Shown one piece after another: positions 12,729 to 23,100 of a stretch of DNA of 59,487 nucleotides. The first letter of the stretch is position 1; every line of letters begins with the position of its first letter. The notes beneath the pieces are model-generated. The model was not told the DNA's origin, searched no databases, and was given only the letters and a program-made list of their open reading frames with translations. Both the position numbers and the translations under genes were made by a program. This stretch comes from Nemertoderma westbladi (lineage: Eukaryota > Animalia > Xenacoelomorpha): assembly GCA_032718475.1 (NCBI GenBank), contig JAUCBJ010008040.1, positions 1-59,487 on the forward strand. Reading direction: 5' to 3'.

Positions 12729-13256
12729 TTACATAAAAATATCGCGACATTTATTATTTCGCTTTTTACGTTTCCGCCCAACGTTCATACCCACACTTGG
12801 GTGTCGCCGTTTCCCACTCCTCTTTTTTTTACTTTTCGGGTTTGTAAATTCATTGTATACCCGTTGGGCGATTTGGCGTGTCTTTGGATGAGGTTCTAAC
12901 CGCTCGGCCACTTTATTTATCAAATCATCTGCTTTACTGCGTAAAATACGTTTTCCTTCTGGTATTATGTATTTCCGTGCCTCTTTCGCTGCTTTGGGGA
13001 GTGCCTTAGTTAGCACCTTTCTCCCTAACTTGCGCGCTAATATACCTAGGCCAGTTGTTAATATTCCGCGCCCACGCTGACGATTTTGGGTGTATCGCCG
13101 GCCGAATTTATTATTCTTATTATTCCATATACCGGTAGATGGGCCAAACCCAGGGAGAATGCTTCCACCCTTAAAAACGGGTATATCGCTATAATTCCCG
13201 CTTCCCAGTAGGATTTGTGGGGCGCTATATAATGTAAACAAATCAGAATCTGACAT
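12729..13256 (-). CDS. Arg/Lys-rich Polinton core-like (PW-type) DNA-binding protein
   Basis: PVFKGG and QRGRG motifs followed by an amphipathic helix, highly basic, ends DIF; located between minor and major capsid genes as in other Polintons. Confidence 0.7.
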   Translation of the reverse strand: MSDSDLFTLYSAPQILLGSGNYSDIPVFKGGSILPGFGPSTGIWNNKNNKFGRRYTQNRQRGRGILTTGLGILARKLGRKVLTKALPKAAKEARKYIIPEGKRILRSKADDLINKVAERLEPHPKTRQIAQRVYNEFTNPKSKKKRSGKRRHPSVGMNVGRKRKKRNNKCRDIFM

Positions 13257-13367
13257 TATTATTATGAGTATTTATTATAACATATAATAATTCTTTACTA
13301 CTTACGTATATGTGTAATCAACAAATATAAGTAGCATATAATAACACAATAATTAATTATATATACA

Positions 13368-13968
13368 TTAATTCGATGATAACCATTTCCCATAACCAAC
13401 CGCGAGTTTCGCAGAACAATAATTAAAACAAGAATCACTATTATCAGAATGGTAGGCACAATTTGTTATTGCTGAATAATCGTGAAAAAGACATTTGGTG
13501 TCATAATCGGCATATTTTTCGTTTATGCCGTACGTTTCTAGAAGTGTTCCATTCACATTAAATTCATTTTTTAAAATAAATAATTTCGGTATTCCGCGTA
13601 TTATTATTTGAAACCCCAACCGTTTTTTTTTCTTGTAACCATTCCTGTATGTACATTTTAAATGCGCTTTGGTCCATAAATCCGTAGTCAAAATTAATGT
13701 GATGCGTAATATTGGTGAGTTGTGTGAGACGGTCGTATTCGCTTAAACTTAAAATTTTTGCGGGTGGACCATTAATAAACCATACGTTTTCTAATGATTT
13801 GATGGTAGTATTATAAGCCGCAAACTCTTTAAAATAAATGGTTGCAACGGGGTGGTGTTGGTCGATCTGCGGAAGATGCGTATAATATTGGAAATCTACT
13901 ATTATTCCCGGGTTTTCCAGCGTCGGGTAATAATCACGCCCACGGCTGCGACTTAGAAATTTATCCAT
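13368..13968 (-). CDS. Polinton accessory protein (possible DEDD-like nuclease fold with Cys/His tail), one frameshift
   Basis: ORFs 13564-13968 and 13368-13691 join at the T9 run (13623-13631): IVDFQ...FKEFA...PP...HH...G...IIIRG..K...CLFH...CA. Confidence 0.55.
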
Positions 13969-14042
13969 ATAGTCGCTATAACTTCAGATAATCAGATAAT
14001 AATAAATAATAAATAATTTACATCGATTAAATTGTGACTATA

Positions 14043-14846
14043 TCAATCAATTCGTATAAAATGAAGCGTCAATATTGAATTTCCATAATGAAAGCGCAAC
14101 AAATTTCCGGAATCTCCAATCAATCGAACTCGTATATAACGTAAATTAGATGTTGAATTAACTTTTTTATAGTAGACTTCCTCAACTTCACGACTAATAA
14201 TTTGCCCATATTCCCCTTCTATGGGTATGCTACGCAACAGGGGGTATTCGCTATTGTCTACAAATTGAGGTTCGACGCAATTGATATGTATATTTATGTT
14301 GGGTTCCAGTATTTCGACAGCATTAGGATGCTTATGGCAGTCGTACTTATTATTCCGCGAATCAATCCTTAGCAAGTGATAATCCCCCGCGGCATTTTGC
14401 ACACACATAAAACCTTTGCCATCAACCTCGTGTTCTGTTAATCCTAGGTAACCACCCAAACGTATACTGACAAATATCGACAACTGTTTACCTTTAAAAT
14501 GTATGGTTATATTACCAGAGCGTGCTGTATTATCAATTATATTAATTTGGCCTTTAATAAGGCTTTTGTTGAAGTACTCAATGATCCTTTCCAATGATAG
14601 GAAAGATCCTTCGGGGAGAGTAACATCTCTTGTAAACATTTTTTTATTTTTTATGGCCTTTATATAAATGTCGCTATTGTCATACCTGATACTAGATACG
14701 TACGTTATACCGGTTAAACCTATTAACCATTGCCCTTTAGCGAAAGGTAAAGGAATTTGCAAATTTGTTTGGAAATCGCTGGCGCTATTACGCGGGAATT
14801 CTATGGGGTTTGCGTTTGAGGGTAGTACAACGTAATAACTGTTCAT
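14043..14846 (-). CDS. Minor capsid (penton-like) protein, copy 2
   Basis: YVVLPSNA..FP.N..SDF...W.IGL N-terminus and PLLRSIP...YYKKV...IRVRL..G..L.F..G..ILTLHF C-terminus. Confidence 0.88.
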   Translation of the reverse strand: MNSYYVVLPSNANPIEFPRNSASDFQTNLQIPLPFAKGQWLIGLTGITYVSSIRYDNSDIYIKAIKNKKMFTRDVTLPEGSFLSLERIIEYFNKSLIKGQINIIDNTARSGNITIHFKGKQLSIFVSIRLGGYLGLTEHEVDGKGFMCVQNAAGDYHLLRIDSRNNKYDCHKHPNAVEILEPNINIHINCVEPQFVDNSEYPLLRSIPIEGEYGQIISREVEEVYYKKVNSTSNLRYIRVRLIGDSGNLLRFHYGNSILTLHFIRID

Positions 14847-15727
14847 TCTTGTAGTTTTTGTCGCCGTTGTTGTTTTTTGAGTTCTAGAACTAAAATTGTT
14901 TTACCTCCATGAAAGACTATATGCTTTCCTTTATGGTCGCGAAGCGTTATACTAATTGTGTCGAGCACTTTTTTATTTCTTAATTGTTTGTAATGTGTGT
15001 TTTTGAATTCCAGGTTGATGAATGAGTATGGTTCCCATTTCAAAGGGATTATCCGCAAAAGAGGCGCCATCGAATGTCCTACGTGAGAAGATTCAATCAT
15101 ATCTGTATATATAAACATTGTGTGTCTATCCCTCGTTATATCACAAGGTTCAGGGAATTCAACCCCATCCAATTTGTTTGTATCTTTACAGCCTAAGTTC
15201 AATAAACCATCATCTTTGTTATAGTGTATTGCCCAAAGCGCCCCAAGACCCATTAAATTATTTTTTAAACTCGATAACCCGAAAATATTTATTATATCTC
15301 CATAGAATTGGAAATAGCGGCCTTTCTCACAATGTAGACGAATTTTTGATGTATGTTTTTGGTAGTTAAACTTAACATCTTTGAAACCGTGGTGGGATAT
15401 TGAGGGATTTTTCAAATAAACACTAATATGGTTTAAAATTGACTCAATAGAAGCATATAGCCCAAGATTGAAATCGATTTCTATAAGATTGTATGGAGCT
15501 ATATGAAATTCCAAATCCTCATCATACATATATTCGCCAATTCTAATTCCAGATCTTTGTTCAATATTTCTATAGGTCGACACATACTGTATTTCCTTTA
15601 GACCCACGACCCAATCTGTGCTGACGGGGATAGGTTTGGACAACTCAATCGTGAAATCGCTGGGAGTGTTATCGGGATATTTATCTAGACTGGCGTTGGA
15701 AGTCAACGTTAAATGTAAGTAATCCAT
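14843..15727 (-). CDS. Minor capsid (penton-like) protein, copy 1
   Basis: LTLTSNAS..YPDNTPSDF...WVVGLKEIQY and MFIYTDMIE...VG...APLLRII...Y..L...I.I.LRD..G..I.F..GK..LVL. Confidence 0.9.
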   Translation of the reverse strand: MDYLHLTLTSNASLDKYPDNTPSDFTIELSKPIPVSTDWVVGLKEIQYVSTYRNIEQRSGIRIGEYMYDEDLEFHIAPYNLIEIDFNLGLYASIESILNHISVYLKNPSISHHGFKDVKFNYQKHTSKIRLHCEKGRYFQFYGDIINIFGLSSLKNNLMGLGALWAIHYNKDDGLLNLGCKDTNKLDGVEFPEPCDITRDRHTMFIYTDMIESSHVGHSMAPLLRIIPLKWEPYSFINLEFKNTHYKQLRNKKVLDTISITLRDHKGKHIVFHGGKTILVLELKKQQRRQKLQE

Positions 15728-15741
15728 AATAATATAATTAA

Positions 15742-16827
15742 TTATTGTACGTGATCAACCCACCGATGTGCCGCAAAACCAACAAATTTAACCAAATATT
15801 GCTTTTTGCCGCTTTTATTTACTTTTTCTTTAATTATTTTTTCAATTGGTAGGAATTGAAATGGTTCTATTACCTTTTGGATTTCATGCCGATAAAATGT
15901 CCCCTTTATAACGCGCCCATTCGAGTCCGCAACTTCGTACATAGGGTACGGCTCTCGATCCAATCTTATTCTGTAAATTTTGAAAATTTCTACAGTATAA
16001 TTAGGTGTATAACCTTTGTCAAATGGCTTTCTAGCTAAACTCAGCCGCACCTTATCACCAACCTTGAAATGAACTCGACGCTGCGCACGGCGTTTTCTTT
16101 TATTGGGATGACCCACACTCCCATATAGTTTTAAAAATAGGTCAGTTTCATTCTTTTTATTGACAGAGTTTGGCGCCATACCAATGGTTCTATGTATTGA
16201 ATTATTATATGCAACCAATATTTTTGGCAATATACCCATCCATTCTCTATTCTGTTTCCTCGTGAAAATTCTGTACATGCGAGATTTGAGGGTGCGATTC
16301 AGCCTTTCACAGATACTAGCTTTAAATTGGCTAACTAAAGTATAAAAATGAACATTATTGTTCAGTAAGAAATCTTTCACCAATTTATTAACAAACTCAG
16401 TTCCTTGATCAACCGCTAGCCGTTTAGGTTTTCTATCTTCAAATATCGTGGTTAGGGCCCTTTTAATTTCGACCCCTGTTTTACGTTTTAGACCCAACGC
16501 CCACGCCTTCCGACTAAAACAGTCAATACAAGTAAGTATGTAACCGTAGCCATTATTCTCACCCCTAAAAGGTTGCATATCGCACAAATCCGCTTGGTAT
16601 AGATCACCAATACCGCTCGTGAAGATTTTTGATGTCGGGTAATGGCGCCTAGCCGGCGCGTGTAGGGAATACGTTCGTTGGGAGCTCAACCATTCTTTTG
16701 CGCGATTTCTCGTAACTTTAGCGGCTTTCGCTAGTTTGGTTACGCTCGCGAAACCGGCAGCATTTGAAACATCGTAATATATTCTTCCCAGTCGTTTGTT
16801 TGTTCGATTTTCTACGATTCTCCCCAT
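15742..16827 (-). CDS. Retroviral-type (rve/DDE) integrase with C-terminal chromodomain
   Basis: YQADLCDM, CIDCFSR, VDQGTEF, KASICERLNRTLK, YNNSIHRTIGMAP, FDKGY; chromo-like IEKIIK...QYLVKFVG...WV. Intact ORF. Confidence 0.96.
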   Translation of the reverse strand: MGRIVENRTNKRLGRIYYDVSNAAGFASVTKLAKAAKVTRNRAKEWLSSQRTYSLHAPARRHYPTSKIFTSGIGDLYQADLCDMQPFRGENNGYGYILTCIDCFSRKAWALGLKRKTGVEIKRALTTIFEDRKPKRLAVDQGTEFVNKLVKDFLLNNNVHFYTLVSQFKASICERLNRTLKSRMYRIFTRKQNREWMGILPKILVAYNNSIHRTIGMAPNSVNKKNETDLFLKLYGSVGHPNKRKRRAQRRVHFKVGDKVRLSLARKPFDKGYTPNYTVEIFKIYRIRLDREPYPMYEVADSNGRVIKGTFYRHEIQKVIEPFQFLPIEKIIKEKVNKSGKKQYLVKFVGFAAHRWVDHVQ

Positions 16828-16951
16828 CGGTTGTGTCGTGTCGTGGAAGAAAACACTTGCAATGACAGTTAATACTTAATATGAAACGTTCAAAAAACAT
16901 ACTACTACTACTATTTTAATGTTATCCTGCGCTTTGTTTCCACACGTCGAT

Positions 16952-17413
16952 TTATTGTAGTCCTACGTATTGTTTCCACGCGTCGACGCGTTTTGTGTTG
17001 GAAGGGGTCACGCGGACCCTTTGCTGTTTCAACCAACCGCGACCAATTAATCGTTTTGGTATCCTTAATCGTTTTAATAACCCCAAAAATGTTGCTTGTC
17101 CTGGAATTATTTCGGTGTTTTTCTTATTTTTTTTTGTAGTCAGCAATTCAATCAAATGATCAATATTTGCTCCGGGAATAAGTTTATTTTCTATATAGAG
17201 TTTATTATTATCGCTCCACCGTACTCTGTCTCGCGAGAATCGCATCAAATAACTCAACAATCGTTTGGCTTTCTGGGATGAAGTTGTCACACCATCTAGC
17301 GGTTGTATTATATTATTGCTTTTCTTATTATTATTATTATAAGTATCCGTTAATAAAGTAGAAACTAGATACAACTTCTTAAAATTTCCGAGGCTAATCT
17401 CGTTATTTTTCAT
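16952..17413 (-). CDS. Conserved Polinton hypothetical protein
   Basis: KAKRLL..L...VRW...L.I....IPGANIDHLI pattern recurrent in Polinton genes between ATPase and integrase. Confidence 0.65.
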   Translation of the reverse strand: MKNNEISLGNFKKLYLVSTLLTDTYNNNNKKSNNIIQPLDGVTTSSQKAKRLLSYLMRFSRDRVRWSDNNKLYIENKLIPGANIDHLIELLTTKKNKKNTEIIPGQATFLGLLKRLRIPKRLIGRGWLKQQRVRVTPSNTKRVDAWKQYVGLQ

Positions 17414-17534
17414 CGTTATATATCATTATTAATATATTAATACTATATACTAGAGTTCACGTTCATGGACCGATAATAACCTAATTTTGGTGAAAGTCTA
17501 AACAATGTGTGAAAATGGTTTTAGCGCGGCGTCG

Positions 17535-18249
17535 CTACTGCGGTATAGACTGAGCCTCGGGGCGTTGGTGAGGTGTGTTAGAGTTCATATTCGCGGGTTG
17601 ATAAACAGTTTGCCCTAATGGGTTGAAAATATCACCCCTAACTCTTATACTATCATCCGTTTTTTGATGAAAGTCTAAGAGAAGGTGTGTGAATGGTTTT
17701 TGTGTGGCGTCACTATATGCTTGAACAATAAAATTGCTATTTTTTGGGTACACTTGCCGCGCTATATAGCTTATTTGACTTGCGTCGCGGGGATTTTTTG
17801 TGAAAATACAATATTGGGCATTTAGACTTCTAGTCCGTGTTTCCGCCCCTTTACTGAAGAAATTTTGTGTTATATATATAGATAATGAAACAGGAAGTAT
17901 GATGGCAGGTTTTTGTGAAGCTTTCTGTCAAACTCTCATCACTCTTACTTTCGCTTAACAAGTCGTCTATAATAATTAGATCGTTTTCGCGGAAAATAGA
18001 ATTAATTTTTTGCGGTAAACCTTTGAATAGATGTGTTATACCCGGGAATTCTGGTGGGGTGGCGCCATAAAAGAATAATACACGCTTCGGGGTTATATCA
18101 AAAACTAAATTTTTATTTTTTACAATTTTTGATACCAACACTGTTTTTCCGGAAGAACTTGGACCCGCAATAATCATGGCCGAACCCATCTTGAAAGAGG
18201 CGTCGTATGATGTGATTGGTTCCCGTGATATCGTCGGCTCTCGGGACAT
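17535..18249 (-). CDS. A32-like DNA packaging ATPase, one frameshift
   Basis: Walker A GPSSSGKT, Walker B LIIIDD, HH motif, then TQNFF...SLNAQY...KNPRD...AYSDAT..PF..LLLD after a frameshift at (TA)5, 17871-17880. Confidence 0.93.
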
Positions 18250-18266
18250 TGTTGATAGGTAGCCAC

Positions 18267-18728
18267 TCAGTAGATGGGAAACCTAGAAACTTGACGGTTG
18301 ACGCGTGTGCCAGAGGTAGTAGGTCTATACCCCCGGCGGGATTGGGCTAATTTTCTGCCTCTTACAGCCGTTATTATGGGTGATATTTTCTGATAAGCGT
18401 TAAGCCCACTCATTAAACCAGAGATTAGTAGATTTATAAATCCGCCCCTTTGCACCAATCGTTTACGATAAATTCGAATGGGATACTTGGCTTTTGGTTT
18501 TTTAGCGATCTCGCGTATTGTTTTTTTATGGCGTTTTAACCTCGCGATTGTTTGCTCAGGAATTTTTACATTACCATTTAATACATTTAGAATAATATTA
18601 ATTAGAAAACTTATAAGTTCGTCGGTTCCGCCGACACGTAAGAAGGTTTTTCTACGGTTGGGGGAGGCGTTAGATAAGAACTTTAAATCCCCATCAAATT
18701 GTTTAATTAAAGCTTTGAGTGATTTCAT
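18267..18728 (-). CDS. Basic Polinton structural/core-like protein
   Basis: NVLNGNV.I...L..HK..IR...LVQRGGF motif pattern typical of the gene upstream of the Polinton ATPase; GG may be a protease cleavage site. Confidence 0.65.
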   Translation of the reverse strand: MKSLKALIKQFDGDLKFLSNASPNRRKTFLRVGGTDELISFLINIILNVLNGNVKIPEQTIARLKRHKKTIREIAKKPKAKYPIRIYRKRLVQRGGFINLLISGLMSGLNAYQKISPIITAVRGRKLAQSRRGYRPTTSGTRVNRQVSRFPIY

Positions 18729-18899
18729 TACATATATTAATAACTTATATAAACGAGAACAATAATAGTAAGTAATAAAACACCACCACCATTATAAATA
18801 GTATCGATTATATGCGTGGGTGGGGTTTTTCACGCGATAAAACCGAGCAATTATAGAAACCGGCACTCTTTAAAACCTAACATCAATAATTAAGAACAC

Positions 18900-19596
18900 A
18901 AATCCACGTTTAAAAAACCAAACGAGATCCCACAGGACAAACCTACAAAATTTCGAAATTATTCAAAAATGAAACTTTTAATTTTTCGAAAAATTTTATG
19001 AAATTTCTAATTAAATATTACTACCCAAATTACTAATAAAATTCAAACTTTTTTAAGTTTTAACAGACTGACTGACTGACAGACCGACAGACAGACAGAC
19101 TAGATTTATGTAAATGTAAAACTGACATCAGAAATGAAATCAGCACCCCCTAAAACCCAAGACCATCAATAAAACACATTATATATATATATATCAAGGG
19201 AACAATGATAATATCCGCATTTAAAAACCAAACGAGATCCTAAAGGGCAAACTTTCAAAATTGTTAAATTTTTCAAAAACGAACATTTTAATTTTTCGAA
19301 AAATTTTTATGAAATTTCTAATTAAATATTACTACCCAAATTACTAATAAAATTCAAACTTTTTTAAGTTTTGACAGACTGACTGACTGACAGAAAGACT
19401 GACAAACCGAAGACAGACAGACTAGATTTATGTAAATTTAAAACTGACATCAGAAATGAAATCAGCACCCTTGACAACCTAAGACTACCGATAAAACACG
19501 TTATATATATAATGTGAATAATGGTAATATCCGCGTTTATTTAAAAACCTAACGAGATCCCACCGGACAAACCTAAAACTGACACCAAAAAATGAA
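18900..19596. repeat. Non-coding tandem duplication of about 310 bp (2 copies plus a partial third) with (GACT/GACA)n microsatellites
   Basis: AAAAACCAAACGAGATCC-like start recurs near 18912, 19223 and 19543; 18990-19190 closely matches 19300-19510. Confidence 0.85.
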
Positions 19597-19600
19597 AAAA

Positions 19601-20161
19601 TTAAATATTTCTACCTAAATGACTATCTAAATTACCAATAAAATTCAAAAACTTTGGAAAAAATACTCGAAATATCTCGGGTCTTGCCATACACACAACA
19701 TTTCGTGTGTAAAAAACGCAAAATGTTATGATATTAGAACTAGTTTTACCCCGACGATAAAACTGCACAAGAATATTATTAAATATCTCCGGCTCATATT
19801 TCACCTCCACATTATAATAATTATCTAAAAAATGAAACCCAACCGTTTTCATTAATTTGCTATAGTCTATGTCTAGATTGTTAATAATATAAGTTTGGCT
19901 ATTGATTGAAATAAAAGTTAGTTTATAATCAGTATGCTTATATATATACTTAATAATTTTTTTTATTTTAGGTGATTTACCGAGTACAGTGACCTTACCG
20001 CTCGGGAAAAAGAGACACGTCCATCCGCAAATTTTGGCGATATATTGGTAAGGCTTTAAGATGAGTTTTCCATTTCGAATTCGTTTAGCCAGAACATCGA
20101 ATGATATGCACCCATCACCCAACCTCAAACTTATATTACTGTTGACAATACTAAAAGACAT
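19601..20161 (-). CDS. Divergent TATA-box-binding protein (TBP)-like protein, 186 aa
   Basis: Two-repeat TBP core pattern: IVNSNISLRL; TCLFFPSGKVTVLG (cf. TALIFSSGKMVCTG); YEPEIF (cf. YEPELF); FCVFYTRNVVCMA; length matches a TBP core. Confidence 0.75.
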   Translation of the reverse strand: MSFSIVNSNISLRLGDGCISFDVLAKRIRNGKLILKPYQYIAKICGWTCLFFPSGKVTVLGKSPKIKKIIKYIYKHTDYKLTFISINSQTYIINNLDIDYSKLMKTVGFHFLDNYYNVEVKYEPEIFNNILVQFYRRGKTSSNIITFCVFYTRNVVCMARPEIFRVFFPKFLNFIGNLDSHLGRNI

Positions 20162-20170
20162 CGCAATCCG

Positions 20171-23100
20171 CTATTCTATAATGGGCGGCATATAAAGCTT
20201 AGGGGCTGGCGCTTTACGATCCAAATGTGTTTTATAATGACCGTAAGGTAGACTTTCATTAGTCGATGTGTAGTACCTTTTATCTTCCCACAGTGTTAGC
20301 GATTTTTTTCTTTGTGAAACGGTGTATATTTTATGTAAATTAGATTGAAACCTTTGACTGTATTCGTAATGCTCGCTAACCTCGTTATATACTTTTAAAT
20401 ATGATTCGTGGGAGAGTTTCTTTTTTATAACCATTTTTCCTACGCCTTTAGCGACACGTTTTGGAACTGACCCCCCACGAAAGCTATAACATTTTGGTCT
20501 AAGTAAAATAACCTGGTCAAACGGGATAGACTTCCCTTCATCCTTTAAATATCTATATTTCCCTTTCTGTTCTACTGTATACAACGGATGCGTAATAGGG
20601 TAATTTGAACAGTCTAAAACTTTTTTTGATTGTAACGCAGATAAAAATTGGTGTTGGGATAAACCAACACACTGTAAAAAAAAAGAATCCGTGTCCCCAC
20701 CTAGCAAATTTATACTACAATTTAATTCGGCTTCCATGGGCTTTAATTTCTCGTAGAAGAAACTGTAATAATCTAACTTCGACAGGTCCAATACAGCTTG
20801 CCCTAAAAAAATAGGTTTATGCAAACAAACCGCAGTCTTAGATAGGACGTGACCCGATAATGAATCAGTGAACATAATTAAATTTTCGTGATTCGGCTTG
20901 GATAATAATAAGTCACATTTCTCGATTGAATTACATAAGCGAAATGAGACACGGTCCCGTATATTCTCCATGCTTTTCCCGAAAAGCGCGTTATTTGTTC
21001 CTTTGTGAAACTTATCATAAAAGTCATTGCTTGCTATTTTTCTTTGCTGGGTGTTATATTCAATAAAATCCTTAAAAATGTAACCTCGCTTAAATCTAAT
21101 AAGTTTATGAACTTTAATCAAGCGCATACCATGATGAATATAAAAGCGCAATAATTTTAGATGCACACCGTACTCATACTTATCAAATTGGGTTAACATC
21201 AATTTTTTTGCTGGGCTATTGAAAATTTTATCACCATTATAATGTCGCCAAAGACTTTTCATGTGTGGACTGAGATACCTACTATCGAGTTTAATATGCT
21301 CCGGTGCAAATGGAAGCTCGGCTGTGGCATCATGAATAGTCATTGGGTATTCAAGGTCTACAATTGCGAAGTATCCATATATTTCGTCAATTTCCAGACA
21401 CTATCAACATCCAACCATTCAAAGTCAGAATAAGGAAGTTTCTCCAACAAAGAACCGCTATATAAACTGTTGAAATCTAAATTATATAAATGAGCTTCGG
21501 GTTTATTAGGGTCGTATGTTTCTGTGCCTGGTATATTCGCATTTGCCATATGAAGGTTGGTGTAAGAAACTCCGCCCCTAATGGAATTTTCGAATGTTAA
21601 ATACATTTCATGGTCTGCAAGTAGACGAATATGTGACTTGGAAAATCTCAAAGCCGCGTCCCAACTAACCCCCGCCATCGTGTAATAGTTCGACACCTCA
21701 AGCAAATAATGTTTAGTACAATATGCGCGAAAATTTTCAAAAATATCGGCTAGCAGCAACACGTCAAGATGTAAGTAAGCTTCCAAATAATCAAAAAGTG
21801 TCTCACATTGAAATTGCTCCCACGAAAGATGTGCAAATGTATATTCTTCAGGGCTAATATATGATAATGTTAATTCACTGTAAAACTCTTTTGGATGCGG
21901 TAATTTAGTATCCCCCAATTTACTTAAGGAATCGACATATTCGTAAGGAAAAACTGACTTACGGTGTAAAATTTCGTCGGTAACATTTGGATATAATTTT
22001 CTCATTTGCTTCACGGTGTGTGGAATAACGGTTGTTAAATCTGACACATCTTTTGTCAAAAACCCAGCCAAAGCAGAAAGGGAAAATCCCATAAACGCGA
22101 ATGAATCAATAAACTGTATAGTTATTGATTTGCTGGTTGGGAGCCCTCTTACGTCCTTTTCTGGAATAGCATAACCAAGAACGCTAAGTGCTTCTGACAT
22201 TGGAATATCGATGCGGAGTGAGATATATCTTTCAGTATTTTTTGCAATGGTTTCAATGTTCCAATTTTTATATTTACTACCGGCAAACCCTTTTTGTAAA
22301 ATTAAATGTGAATCATAAAAAAAAAAATTATGACAGACAACTGGGAATAGGTGACGTTTAACGCTTAATTGTTTATTACAGGAAATACACACCGCACCAA
22401 TGAAAGCCCCATTGTAATGGTTGTGATGCATCACACTTGGATTTATATCTTTCCGAAAAAATGATTTACAATTAAAGCAATTTGTGGTACGCATATAAGC
22501 TTGGTATTGTGTGTGATCCAGGTGTTTGGGGTGGTGTGTGTTAAAGGTAGACCATTCATAACACTTAAATAAATCAAAAACCAGACTATCGATAAAATTC
22601 TGTACCGAGTTATTATCGATATTTTGCCTAAATGTAGACAAAAAATAATTTGGGGGGTTAATTAATTCACCATTGGAGACAATCAAATATGAAACAGCCG
22701 ACGGGAGATGTTCGGCTATATAATATTTTTTTACATTATTTGTTGGGGCTAGTACCACTTCGAAATCCATATATACTATGAAAGGTGTGCTCACAGACTT
22801 ATAGTAATTAGTAAAGTGTAAATTCAGTTTAGATGGCATCTCCTCTATTTGACGTCCACCTTGCCAACACCACAATCTATGGCGTTCTAACGCATTTGGA
22901 CTGTAGAAACCGCGAATACACCGCTCACAATGATGACAATGAGTGTCGCTATTGCCTTCCCCACGACCGTTAAATAATCTATTTAAGTTAGAAACCCCGA
23001 CGATGTGATTTGTTGAGGTTAAATTTTGACGTTCAATAAGCAATAAATTTAGCAATCTTTTACCTTCAGCTTTTTTAGCACTTGGTTGTCGTAGAAAGGA

